Positions 1 through 11,681 of a stretch of DNA of 64,000 bases are shown here, one piece after another (the stretch's first letter is position 1; each line of letters opens with the position of its first letter). Origin of the DNA: Podarcis cretensis. Lineage: Eukaryota. The stretch is from assembly GCA_951804945.1 (NCBI GenBank), contig OX638163.1, positions 11,780,001-11,844,000 of the forward strand. Direction: 5' to 3'. The notes under the pieces are model-generated. The model worked only from the letters and a program-made list of their open reading frames with translations, did no database searches and had not been told where the DNA came from. The position numbers and the translations under genes are program-made.

Positions 1-559
1 CTGTAACATAAAAAAAATAAAATTCTGTGCCTCTGCTGTATGTCTGTGATTTAGTCTGATATATCTTGTAACTTATATACTAAAGACATCTGCACTGCAC
101 ACAGCCATGCTGGTTGAAGATTTTGAATGACAGTAGCTTAATTTTGACAATGCAGCATCATCAGTTCAGGTGAACTTCAAACAATCTCCATTCAGACCAT
201 GAGCAAAAGATGCAAATATAACACTGAAGACTAGTTATTAAACACCCACAGGCTTCAAATAAGCAACCCACTTCTTCCAACACAGATGCCAGGGTGGGGG
301 GAGTTGATTAAAAAACCAGGTCAGGCAGGAAGAATGCCCCCCTTGTCTCCCAGGCACTGACAGCAACACATTTCCCACCCAACTCCTGTACAAAAATCCA
401 GAGTGCCATGCCTTATAACCCCTTGGTCCACCCCTTGAATTTAAATACCGCCCTTCATCCAAAGATCACAGGGCAGTTTACAGTATAAAAATATAAAATG
501 AGAACAGAAAAAGCATAACAAGAAACAAACAAAAGCCCAAATAACTCCACCACCACAAA

Positions 560-905
560 CAAAAATTGGGAGTCGTCTTATACACGGATAGTGAATGCAG
601 AGGGGATGTGCGATTAATGGCAGCAGCAAGCTGGCAGCGGCGATTGGGCAGGTGATTGGTGGCTGCGGCAAGGTCTGCTGGCGATTGGCCATGGCTGTGG
701 CAAAAGGGCAGGCAATTGCCGGCTGTGGCGAGGCAGGCAGGTGGTTGCCAGCTGTGGCAAGTGGGCGGGTGGGCTGTTGGCGGCCAGTGGGCAGACAATT
801 GGCGGCTGTGGTGAGGTGTGCGATCGGCAGTGGCTGCAGCAAGCGATTGGCAGTGGCGGGCAGGCATCTTATACATGGGGGCGTCTGATACATGGAAAAA
901 TATGG
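560..905. mobile_element. Truncated Tc1/mariner (pogo/Tigger-type) non-autonomous element, right end, with internal GC-rich degenerate repeats
   Basis: Ends CTTATACATGGGGGCGTCTGATACATGGAAAAATATGG followed by TA (906-907), resembling the terminus of the 11424 element. Subterminal motif GTCTTATACACGG recurs at ~575. No matching left TIR seen. Confidence 0.55.
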
Positions 906-967
906 TAGCTTGATTTTGCTTTTGCTTTTTTTGCTATGGGGTTGGGCTGGGGCATTTAAACTGCACT

Positions 968-1011
968 AATCTGATGTTTTCAAATTTGCAATCTGATGTT
1001 TTCAAATTTGC
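968..1011. repeat. 22-bp perfect tandem duplication
   Basis: AATCTGATGTTTTCAAATTTGC x2. Confidence 0.95.
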
Positions 1012-1654
1012 AAATTACAAGGGCAGATTCATCAATTAAATTCTATTTTAAACTACCAGGTATTGATGATAAGTATAACATAACATTGTCAATGTTGTCA
1101 GTTGAGACTTCCTGAAGTGGCTAAGTATGTGACTAAAATCAGAAGTATTAGTCCACAATGAAACACAACACTGGATGAGTAATTTCTTTCAAAAACTATC
1201 CACGATGGCCTTTCTCATTCACTTTCAGCTGCCCAATGGGTAAATCCCACTCTTTACAGCAGACATGTAGAATGTAAACTATCTACATCTTAGACAAAGA
1301 TAGGTATTTCTTAAACCTTTGACCTAAGTTCAACTGGACTTCCTGGGGACTTAAGCAGGAAGAATCAACTCAGTTGCTGGAGCTATAACTTCTTCTCCTA
1401 CCCTAAACTGCATTTCCTTCCTCAAACTGGTGGCACTTTGTTTCTGGAAGTTTCTGGAAGTTTCCCATAGCCTTAATAAGAACAAGATGGCAAAAGGTTC
1501 ATCTTCTTCATCTGTTATTATTTGCAGCAATTAAATTCTCCTGGGAAGCCCACTACAAAGGCATGAAAGCACTAATCCTTCCATTTGGATTTAGCATGCA
1601 GTATTCAGAGGTACCGTATATTGCATTCATACATAAAGGTTCCAGCTAATTAGA

Positions 1655-1790
1655 TCATGAAAAGAATCCTGCTGGATCAATCCAACATCCTGTTTTTACA
1701 ATGGCAACTAAGATGCTTCTGAGAAGTCCACAAGTGGGATATGGAGACAATAGCCCTCCCCTACTTTTACCTCTTAGTAACTGCTAAATC
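1655..1790 (-). mobile_element. CR1 LINE 3' UTR remnant
   Basis: AAGAATCCTGCTGGATCA...CATCCTGTTTTTACAATGGCAAC; resembles the minus-strand CR1 tails at ~40990 and ~51620. Confidence 0.5.
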
Positions 1791-2568
1791 CTGAATCTTC
1801 TGCCTATTTGTTTCATTAGGCATCACTGAGATTTTGAGCATTATAAGAGAGGGGGAAATTCAACTTAGTCACCTCATCCTGGTTTTGCCGATTCAACAAC
1901 TGTTGTGTAACATAAGGATAGTGCTGCACCTCCAACCACTTCACAAGTTGTATTTTAAAAGTACAGCTCTTCAGAAATTTATGCTTATACACATAAAATG
2001 TGAGTATGATAAAATATGGGTTCACAGGATGTCATAAACAACACACAGGGAGCTGGGATTCACTGTGGTTCCCACCTGAACATATACTAAGTTGGAAAAC
2101 CAAGTTTGTCACCATCTAACACATGGCCCTAAAATCCTTCCTCAGAAAACCCTGAGAACAGAAGCTCTTGAATTTCATGAAACTTTCAGCGCCACAGGCA
2201 AGCGGTGATGCCCATGAGCCAAATCCCAAGAGGATAGAACTAACGCAATGGCAATAGAAACCATTTTGCATCACTTGCCAATTAGTGAAATTCAGTAATT
2301 AGCAAAGGGTCACATCACATTAGTATCAATTAAAGTGCTTTTTACTAGAATTGTTTTAACCATTCACTTGCAGCAGCAGAGAAACTGAAAGAACTTCAAA
2401 TCAAAGTCAATAAATACACACATTCTGCAGATGTAACCTTCAGGCTGTTTAAATTAACTCTTCCTCCTGCCACCCAAAATCTTTTCAAGAGGAACAGCTC
2501 ACTTGATCCAGAGGTTTGAGATTAAAATGATGTCAGCTATGCTTCAGTTCCATGATAACTCCTAAAAT

Positions 2569-3139
2569 CAGAGTCGTAGCTGTGGGGCGCAGCAGGCAGA
2601 GCGCACTGGGCGCCACACTGTGGGGGGCGGCACTTACCACGGGGCCTGCAGTGCTTCCAAGCCACCTGTCTCTCCTGGCACGGATGCTGTGGCTTGGGCA
2701 CCTGCAGGCTCTGCACTGCCCAAAACAGTAGTGTAGGGCCTGCATCTGCCTGCCTCCTCCTCCTCAGCCACCCTACAGCTGAGGAGGAGATGGCGGGCAG
2801 ACTTCTTAGATGCTCTGCACAGCAAACCCTGCCCTGGCTCACCCCGCCCCATGGGTGGATTGCCCTGCTCCTATGGGCAGTTCGCCCTGGGCACAGGGCG
2901 CACACACTGGCAGAGGAAGTGCACCGCCTCTGGCAGCGTGATCCAAGTGGGGTGCCATCGTGGCTGCCCCCTGCCCATGCTGGGACCATGTCCCCACAGG
3001 CGGTGTGCCATGCCCCCAGGACGTGTACCAGCCCTACCCTTGCCTGCTCTCCACCCCCTACCCCCCGTGCCGGAGCATGAAGCTCCGCCACTGGGCGCAC
3101 ACACTTCCCCGGCCATCCGAGCAGCTAGCTACGCCACTG
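2569..3139. mobile_element. GC-rich non-autonomous hAT-type DNA transposon
   Basis: Imperfect TIRs CAGAGTCGTAGCT / AGCTACGCCACTG (reverse complement CAGTGGCGTAGCT). Subterminal CACTGGGCGC near both ends. Sharp GC jump relative to flanks. TSD not clean. Confidence 0.6.
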
Positions 3140-3848
3140 CTGTAAAACTGTCATACGTGGCATCTGTATCCTAATGGTCATGGGACAACACAGAAGATTT
3201 AAACAAAAAACACCGCAATGTGCAAGTGTTGATAGAATTGGAGTTAGGAAAGGGTCAACAGAAACATCATCTTAATCCATTGCATTTGTTTTGTGTATTA
3301 GTCTTCATGCCCTACTGCAACGAAGTCTAAGAACATGTAGCTGGAATACTTGGGACATCCTTTCCTTTCCTTGCCACCCACCACTTTCACCCTCCCCCTC
3401 ATTTCCAGGCCCCAATAGCTAGATGGTAATTCCCTTGAGAAAGAGACCAACGTCTCATGCTTTGTAAAATTCCATGTACATGGATGGCATAACACTAGAA
3501 AATCTCTCAGCTGAAAGGTCACCTCCGATTCTGCCCTGCACAATAGCCTTGTTATCAAAGAGGGTCATTGTGAACTCTAAAAGCAAAATGAGGCTTGCAT
3601 TCTACACACTTTAAAGGTCACTTTCTTTTTCATATGTTATATTTTCTATAGAAGGACAAGGTGAGCGCTCGAATTTTAACAATGTCACTCAAATACCATG
3701 TCCAAATGAAAAGTCATTTTGGTGGCTGTGTCACAACTGCAAACCACTTTTCCACTGTTGGAGCTTTGCCAAGCCTCAGCCACAAGCATTTTCTGGGATA
3801 ACCCATTCACACATGCTTAATTTTGGGCTTAACCTGATAACACTGAAA

Positions 3849-4097
3849 GGGTTTGTCCACACTTCTGCTCGTCTCATGCCTAGAAAGCATGGGTTTTCTG
3901 CTTGTCCCATCCCTTCTAGGCAAGGGTCTGAGCGGTTTTGCCTTTGCCCTGCTGTTTTCCCTCAGAAAACCCTCTTTAACAACAAATCAGAACAAATGAC
4001 AATCCACAGAAAACCCAATTGCCATTTGCTTTGATTCAGTGCTAAACCACAGGTTTACCCAAAGGAAAGTGGTGGGTAAGCCTGTGTAGATGAGCCC
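3849..4097. mobile_element. PIF/Harbinger-type MITE
   Basis: TIRs GGGTTTGTCCACAC / GTGTAGATGAGCCC with internal inverted repeats; related partial copy at 38790-39038. Confidence 0.7.
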
Positions 4098-4449
4098 AAT
4101 GTAATGTGATAGTGGTGGTCTTAAATGGGCTCATTACAAAGCTAGAAAAATATGCAATTTTAGGAACTAGGTCCTACAGAGCAAATATATAGCATTTCAT
4201 TTTCAAGGCACTTGTGGAAAATTTCTTGGGACCCCAAGCAATAAGGCACCTGGTATTTCCAGCCTTGGCTACTAATTTTACATTTGTCCTTAAATGAGTC
4301 TTCTACTCTGAACCTTCAGGTTAGTGCAGGACATAAATTTAAATGAGCCAATGAATGTCCATAGTAACGAGCCCCAGATAATTACATAAAGGAAGAGGGG
4401 GAGAGCTGCTTTCTCCATGGGCATGTGAGTACAAAAGGGCAAGAAAAAT

Positions 4450-4870
4450 AGCCATGACCAACTTTACATTTTGAACTCAGGGACTGGCGTGAGAAAGGAA
4501 ATGGTTAACATGCTAATTACAGTAATTAAGAGTTGCCAATTTAATTAGAGCCGGGAATATTAATGCCGTAACATTGGTTGGGAGTGCAGCAAACAAACCC
4601 TATTAATGCAGAGACTCTGTTCGTAGCCATCTAATGGGGCCCTCCTCCACACCGCCCGGTGCTTGTGCGCTGACACAACAGCGCTGGGTTCAGATTGAAG
4701 AACTTGTCAGCAATGAGGCAGGAGGAAGCTAATTAGCTGGCAGGTTAATGAGTGTGATGGCTCTTGACAGCATTTTGTTGCAAGCTTCTACTGTATTTAA
4801 ACAATAAATGATTATTATTTAAATACAGCGAAGTAGTCAGTAAGCTTATAAACAGTTAGGTGTTGCCTTC
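4450..4870. promoter_or_regulatory. Candidate conserved non-coding enhancer
   Basis: Repeat-free. Dense TAATTA/ATTAAT homeodomain sites (GCTAATTAC, TTAATTAG, GCTAATTAGC), TGACAG/CTTGTCA TALE-type sites, and retained CpGs. Confidence 0.45.
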
Positions 4871-6283
4871 AATCTGAAGGGAGGGAGATCGCTATATCCA
4901 GTTCATTCTCCATTTTAAGTGTGCCACTGCACCAATGATCGGGGTACAAGAGGGATGTGTTTCTATCCCTACTCTTTCAAATTACCAGTGCATTCTGGTC
5001 CTCATTAAGTGACCAAGCACAGACCTGGTGGTGCAGATTTACTCACATGAAGTACAAGGGTGTGATCTTGTGTATGTGCCACAGGATAATTCTGAAATTA
5101 AAATCAGTAGCACTTACATACTGGATTGGAACGTGCCATTTCTGGGTTGCTTATGCTGTCCAGTGGCCTACTTAAAGATAGATTTTGCACACAGCAAATT
5201 TCACATTATTTGAATCCAATTGTGATGCTATCCTTCCCCCACCCCAGCCTGGGCTGACTCTCCAGATCCTAAAACTCTATGAGGCAAATGATGTGCCATC
5301 ATTGGTTACTTTTAATTACTGGGGATTTGGAAACAGGTGGTGAGGTAAAGGAATAGCTCTGTGGAGAGATTAACCCATTTCTCTGTCCATTTAAGGAGGG
5401 CAGAGGGACAGCTTACAGCCCTCCTGCAATCTATAAAGATAATGAGAACAAGAGCAACTACTCCCCCCCACACACACACAAAAAAAGCTTTAAAATCTAT
5501 CAATGCAGCAGGTGGCAATTCTACATAGAGAGGTGGGTATAGAATGAGACAGGATTTGCTACCTTAAATTGTATTTACAGAAGAGGCTGTGACAAGTTGC
5601 ATGTCTAGAAAAAGCTCATATGAAAAGGGAAGGTTAGTTCCAATTTAATATGCAACGTTCACTGGGCATTTGCAGAAAATTTGCAAAAGAAACAGAAAGC
5701 CTCACCTGCTGAAACTCTAAGCATTTCTAAATTATTTTTCCATGCATGAAAGGTGGTGTGCACTCTCTGACAGCTGGTCATGATACATGTGAGCTTTCTT
5801 TAAAAAAGGGGGAGGAGAGAAAGAGAACTCCAAGAAGCTGCCAAATCCCACTTAATCTTGCATGCTGGTTTTTAAGTATATGGTATTCAAGGCACTGAAA
5901 CTCAGGTAAATCCCTAGCACCAACAAATAGCAGATAGTTATGGGTAAAGTTTAAAGCAACCCAGAAAAATCAGACACTTGCTTGAAAAAAAATGAGTTTA
6001 CTTTCATTGGCTGTTCCCCAAAGTAGCGCCAACCATAGTAAGTTACTATTTGTAGTAACTTACCTGGCACACACTTCAGCATTTCACAGATGAAGATAGG
6101 GGTGTTGCATGCATTCCCCAAAACTCACCCTAAATATTACTTCCCAACGCACTCCCATCTTTACTCTTCTTTATTAAATGAATATTATGACTCATTTATT
6201 TCACAGTATTTGTCTTGCATGTTTTAAAAGCCAAGAGAGGACTTTGATCTTTAGGTAAAAGGCACATTAGAAAAACAATTGGT

Positions 6284-6420
6284 CTGGGCATAGGCAAACT
6301 CTGGCCCTCCAGATGTTTGGAACTACAATTCCCATCATCCCTAGCTAACAGGACCAGTGGTCAGGGATGATGGGAATTGTAGTCCCAAACATCTGGAGGA
6401 CCAGAGTTTGCCTATGCCTG
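6284..6420. mobile_element. Palindromic hAT-Charlie (URR1-like) MITE
   Basis: Near-perfect ~60-bp arms GGCATAGGCAAACTCTGGCCCTCCAGATGTTTGGAACTACAATTCCCATCATCCCT / AGGGATGATGGGAATTGTAGTCCCAAACATCTGGAGGACCAGAGTTTGCCTATGCC. Confidence 0.85.
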
Positions 6421-6975
6421 GCCTACAGTCTGTTACTTTAGATGTTTTAGATGAACTTCCCCTATATGCAAAAATGGTATGTGCACTACAAGGCACCTTA
6501 AGACTCATGACTGTAGATTTACATGTAGGTGTGTAAGAGAGAAAAGATGCATTTGCTTATCCTCCCACTCTAATATAATTTGAAGAAAATTATAAAAAGG
6601 CATTTTTCAGAAGCCAAATATAGGATCAGTGATTTACTATGGTCAGGAACCAGAAAATAGAAACCATCTCTTACTAGATAGAGTCAGCATCTGTATATGC
6701 ACTAGGAGGGTCTAACCACATCTAATAACATTAGGTAACTAGCTATTTCAGTAAAAGGTTGCAGAGTCATGTCCATTTAGAATACCTAGAGTTGCCATAC
6801 CACTAGACCTGACTGCAAACTTGGGACATTTTTATGAGTTTCCCAGCTCAGCTTGCATATTGTGTGTCCTGCAAGTAGAAGTCTCAGGGTCAAATGAAAA
6901 ATTGATAATGGAATTTAAGAATTCTTTCTAGCACTGCTCTTAAAATTATACTATCTCTGTATATGTATATGTATA

Positions 6976-7212
6976 CAGTCATACCTTGAGTTTAAGTAGC
7001 TTCAGGTTAAGCATTTTCGGGTTGCGCTCCGCGGTGACCCGGAAGTGACGGAGCGTGTTACTTCCAGGTTTCACCGCTCACGCATGCGCAGATGCTCTAA
7101 ATGATGTCACGTGCATGTGTGGAAGTAGCGATCCGCAGACGCGGGTTGCGTTCGCTTCAGGATGCGAACGGGGCTCTGCAACGGATCCTGTTCGCATCCA
7201 GAGGTACCACTG
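6976..7212. mobile_element. Tc1/mariner (Tigger-like) MITE
   Basis: TA|CAGTCATACCTTG ... GAGGTACCACTG|TA with TA TSD; same group as the elements at 42814, 45295 and 50790. Confidence 0.85.
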
Positions 7213-7811
7213 TATGTGCACAGGACAGTTGTGTTTAACTCTTAAAGTTATCATCAGCTTATATTGCTAATTAATAAATTTGGGCTGGCAGAATTGGGTA
7301 TAAATTTGCAATATCAAGCAGAGATCCAACCTCATCCAATGCAAAGAGATTGAAAATTCTGTTTTCTTGGAAATTATACCCCATCAAGACATCAAAACTC
7401 TGTCCAACACTTAATGTCAGGTGACATTATTTATAAAGTTAGCTCAACTGGGTACCATATTTATATCACTAACGCCTGCTCCTTACATTATAAATAGGGT
7501 ACCAAGACAGTTCCCCTACATCACCTACACACGTGGACATTCATCACCAGGAAGCTGCGCAGAGCCTGTGCACCGTCATAAAGCAACATGAAGCCTGAAT
7601 CAAACTGGATCCAAATGCAAACTGCATTTAATCACAGATTTTTTCCCCCATAGGTGAAGTGGATTGAGTACTCCCAACTTTCCCCCTAAAAGCCCTCCAT
7701 CACTTACATTTCTGCCCTGAATTAAAATAAAACAAAAATAAAAATTAGATTCAAGAACATATTCTCTACTGGAAACTGGGAAGAAAGCCGCTGACCTCTC
7801 TGCCTGCTATA

Positions 7812-8170
7812 NNNNNNNNNNNNNNNNNNNNNNNNNNNNNNNNNNNNNNNNNNNNNNNNNNNNNNNNNNNNNNNNNNNNNNNNNNNNNNNNNNNNNNNNN
7901 NNNNNNNNNNNNNNNNNNNNNNNNNNNNNNNNNNNNNNNNNNNNNNNNNNNNNNNNNNNNNNNNNNNNNNNNNNNNNNNNNNNNNNNNNNNNNNNNNNNN
8001 NNNNNNNNNNNNNNNNNNNNNNNNNNNNNNNNNNNNNNNNNNNNNNNNNNNNNNNNNNNNNNNNNNNNNNNNNNNNNNNNNNNNNNNNNNNNNNNNNNNN
8101 NNNNNNNNNNNNNNNNNNNNNNNNNNNNNNNNNNNNNNNNNNNNNNNNNNNNNNNNNNNNNNNNNNNNNN
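7812..8170. other. Assembly gap (other gaps: 9824-10035, 24647-24834, 24912-25045, 41987-42118, 43467-43598, 54596-54807)
   Basis: Runs of N. Confidence 1.
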
Positions 8171-10621
8171 TGAGCTGTTCGCCATTGCTCTAGGCATGAA
8201 TTGAACCTGCTTATTGACTCCCATTCGCTCTTTTATTTATCCTTCTACACAGGAATGCACTTACTTTCTTCCCCACCCCTCCAACATAATAGCACCATGG
8301 TGGGTTTCAGGGATGGTCACTTATCGGCCACACAAGCAGACAGGTGTCAACCTTGGAGTTAATGAAAGTACCATTAGGTGGGGCAAACCACCACCACCAC
8401 AGACACCACAGGACTCTTTATCAAGAGGGCTGATTTATTTTTTAAAAGGTTATATTCCAAGATCAAAAATGTAACATCATAAATAATTTGCAGGAGCAAG
8501 CCAAGAGAATTTATATTTATGAATGCTGAAAGGCTTGGAAGGGAGAGGTGGGGAGGGAGAAGTGGAGTGTAATTCATTGCTACTGAAACAATAATGCCAG
8601 TTTGAAAAGGAATTACATTCAGATATCAAATGACCAGGAATTTACTGTCAGAAGAGGCAGAAAGGTCCTTGGCTGCAGGAAGAGTCGTCATGGTGTTGGC
8701 ACACTAATGAAAAGTGTGTTTTCTCCCAATCGGCATACGTAGTTCTAAGCGACTCCCTCTGAAGTTTCCAAAGCCATGAGAGCTGCTGCTCCAAGAACCA
8801 GAGTCTACTTGGGTGCACAGAACTATTCAGAACCTGGCCATCATTCAAGTCTCCTATCCAGAAACATGCAATTTTTGCTTTGAATCTAGGGATAACTCAA
8901 CCATACCCTCCTCATACCAACATTTGTGGCATTAACTTGGGGGAACAATTATTCTGAAATATCAAGAGGATCTCATTGCCCTATGTCTGGCCCAAGAAGC
9001 TTGAGTTTAAGTTGGTTTCACCAGAGGTAGGCTCTCCCAAAGGTAGACTTGCTGAACTGCCTAAAAACTTCAGACATTTAAGAACCTGAAATACATTTTA
9101 ATCTGCACTGTGCAAGACTTGTTTCTTAAGATTTGATGCTGGCTCCTAGGAACTCCCAGAAAGCAGGTGTGTGTTTTCCAGCACGGGGTTGAGGAGCACA
9201 GCACTCATGTCAAACAGTGTGCAGGTTGAGATGTGAAGAAATGGAAAAGTGAGACAGGACTGAATATGTCCACTTGTTGTAAAGAGACTTGATTAGAGCA
9301 TGTGCCTTGCTAGTACTCTAGGATCTCCGTGAAAATTTTTAAAGGATGGGTTTTTATTTATTTATTTAGCCACAACAGAATTGAATAACCTTAGCCCATG
9401 TTCGCTTTCTAGGCAGAGACATCCACCCACACCCACACCCCTCTGAAGTATTGTACAAGCAAAAATCTATGGCCATGCCATATCACCCGTTTGGTGAGGC
9501 AGATATTAATTATTCCTGCTTTCCAGTTTTAAGATAAGCTTGTGAACAAGAAACTGGAATCTCACTTAGAGCTGCTGCTAGGCAATGCCTGGGCATGAGT
9601 TCACGATGTTTACAAAGAGCGGGGGGGGGGGGGGGGAGAGAAGGAGCTGGATGTAATTAATGCATGAGACCTCCATTTAAATAAAGCAGCACTCAGCAGT
9701 AGCAAAAGAGTGGGGGAGTGAATCCCACGAGGGAGCGCACAACTTGATGGAGGCGTGAGAACCCTGGACCAAACCCCTTCCACCCAAGTCAGCAGGATTA
9801 CTTGTACAAAGCAAATACTGAAANNNNNNNNNNNNNNNNNNNNNNNNNNNNNNNNNNNNNNNNNNNNNNNNNNNNNNNNNNNNNNNNNNNNNNNNNNNNN
9901 NNNNNNNNNNNNNNNNNNNNNNNNNNNNNNNNNNNNNNNNNNNNNNNNNNNNNNNNNNNNNNNNNNNNNNNNNNNNNNNNNNNNNNNNNNNNNNNNNNNN
10001 NNNNNNNNNNNNNNNNNNNNNNNNNNNNNNNNNNNGGAAAGAATACACACACACATTTATATTTTCCTTCAGGCCACCTACTTTGTAATAAAACATAGGG
10101 CAGGTTTTTATTTAGCGGAAAGAAGTGGGATATAGTATTAGAAGATTCATATCATGGTAAACCAGTGGCATACAGCAACATCAAAACTAATGGCTCCAGA
10201 GGATCAAGTGTTGTCTTTTGTTAAACAGATATACATGTGCATCTATACTGTACACACCTCCAGAGTTATTTACACACACACCCGCCCCCACTTTAGCACT
10301 CAGTGACATTCAGGCACAAAAAGTTTGTCTTGCAGCAGCATTGTACATGTGACAGAAAAAAGAAATGTGGGATATTTTTAAAGTGTAAATCAATGAGAAG
10401 AAAATGATGGTCGACAACCCCTGAAAATTTTGTTCTAAGCCAAATGATGGATGGTGTATAGTCCTGACCATTTTCTGTGGGAAGTCATAATGCAGAGCAT
10501 GGCTTGATGAAGAAAACAGGCTGGGCTACAAGCAAGACTTGGCATGGTTTCACAACCCTTCCACTCCATTCCATGCACCTAGCACAACAATTAGAAGTTT
10601 TCCTCTTATCACGTGCAAATG

Positions 10622-10793
10622 CAGACGCGCCATCTTCTGAAGAACATTGATGGAACCTGATGTGACGTTCTGATGTCACTCTGCACCCAGCTCCACATTG
10701 GGCTTCAACCATGGGGGGGGGCAGCCCTCTCAAAAAAGAAAGAAAGATTGAGGGCGACCCAAGAGCCTCAGCCCCCAGGAGCCGGTGTCTATG
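10622..10793. mobile_element. hAT MITE, internally deleted
   Basis: 8-bp TSD TGCAAATG at 10614-10621 and 10794-10801; right end GAGCCGGTGTCTATG; left end degenerate. Confidence 0.65.
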
Positions 10794-10859
10794 TGCAAAT
10801 GTATCCAGTAAGTTTCTATAAGGTGATGCATTTTTGAAGGGGATTATCTACAAATTGCC

Positions 10860-11235
10860 CTTCTCTTACCAAGCAGGCTGTGATCTGGTCCAGGGCTTTC
10901 TCAGTTGTGGCACATTTGAGAAGAATTCCCTGCCACTGGAGATGCCCCAGGCATCATCAATATTTCACTTTTGTCATCTGTTGAAGATGTGCCTCTTCAT
11001 GCAAGTTTTTGGGTCCTTTTGATGTTATTTAATTGGGATTTTATCAATGAGCTGATGAATAGTCTTTTGGAACGTACCATCCTGTTGCTGCTTAGACGTT
11101 ATAAAATTGTTTTGGTGATTGAAATGCAGAATCTTGGTGATTTTTATATATAATCTTATTTTTAATGGTTGTTTTCGTTGTGTTTTCTATAAACTTCTCA
11201 ACAATCTTGTATGGAGAGCAGTATATAAATGAGAA
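10860..11235 (+). mobile_element. L2 LINE 3' end remnant
   Basis: CAGGGCTTTCTCAGTTGTGGCAC...GAATTCCCTGCCACTGGAGATG followed by a T-rich tail ending GAGCAGTATATAAAT. Confidence 0.55.
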
Positions 11236-11423
11236 TTGAGGGAGTTAATATACTATGGGTGGTAGCTACTTAGGTAGCTGCTAATTCAAGTCAAAATTTA
11301 CAACAGAAATAAAAAGTGTGTGTCTTTTTAAACCAAAATACTTCACCCACCATGCATAGCATAACAAAATATGGGCTCATATTTTCACACTCAATGAAAT
11401 TAATACGTGTTAGTGTACAATTA

Positions 11424-11681
11424 CCGTATTTTTCGCTCTATAAGACGCACCAGACCACAAGACGCACCTAGTTTTTGGAGGAGGAAAACAAGAAAAAAAA
11501 TATTCTGAATCTCAAAGCTTGAACAGCAAGAGGGATTGCTGCGCAGTGAAAGCAGCGATCCCTCTTGCTGTTCTGGCTTCTGGGATAGCTGCGCAGCCTG
11601 CATTCGCTCCGTAAGACGCACACACATTTCCCCTTACTTTTTAGGAGGGAAAAGGTGAGTCTTATAGAGCAAAAAATACAG
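11424..11681. mobile_element. Tc1/mariner (pogo/Tigger-type) MITE with internal hairpin
   Basis: TIRs CCGTATTTTTCGCTCTATAAGAC / GTCTTATAGAGCAAAAAATACAG with TA TSDs. Internal inverted repeat GAACAGCAAGAGGGATTGCTGC / GCAGCGATCCCTCTTGCTGTTC. Confidence 0.9.

Noticed and set aside
441-893. Overlapping 97-150 aa ORFs
   Set aside because: They arise from GC-rich degenerate repeats inside a mariner-type relic and translate as low-complexity sequence.
2533-3174. Cluster of ORFs up to 187 aa
   Set aside because: Stop-poor GC-rich interior of a TIR element, open in many frames, with no recognisable domain.
6038-6063. Perfect 11-bp-arm hairpin GTAAGTTACTA-TTTG-TAGTAACTTAC
   Set aside because: Too short for an RNA gene; likely a TE remnant or chance.
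7766-10135. Long ORFs with X runs (also near 24.4-25.1, 41.8-43.6 and 54.5-54.9 kb)
   Set aside because: Artefacts of N gaps.
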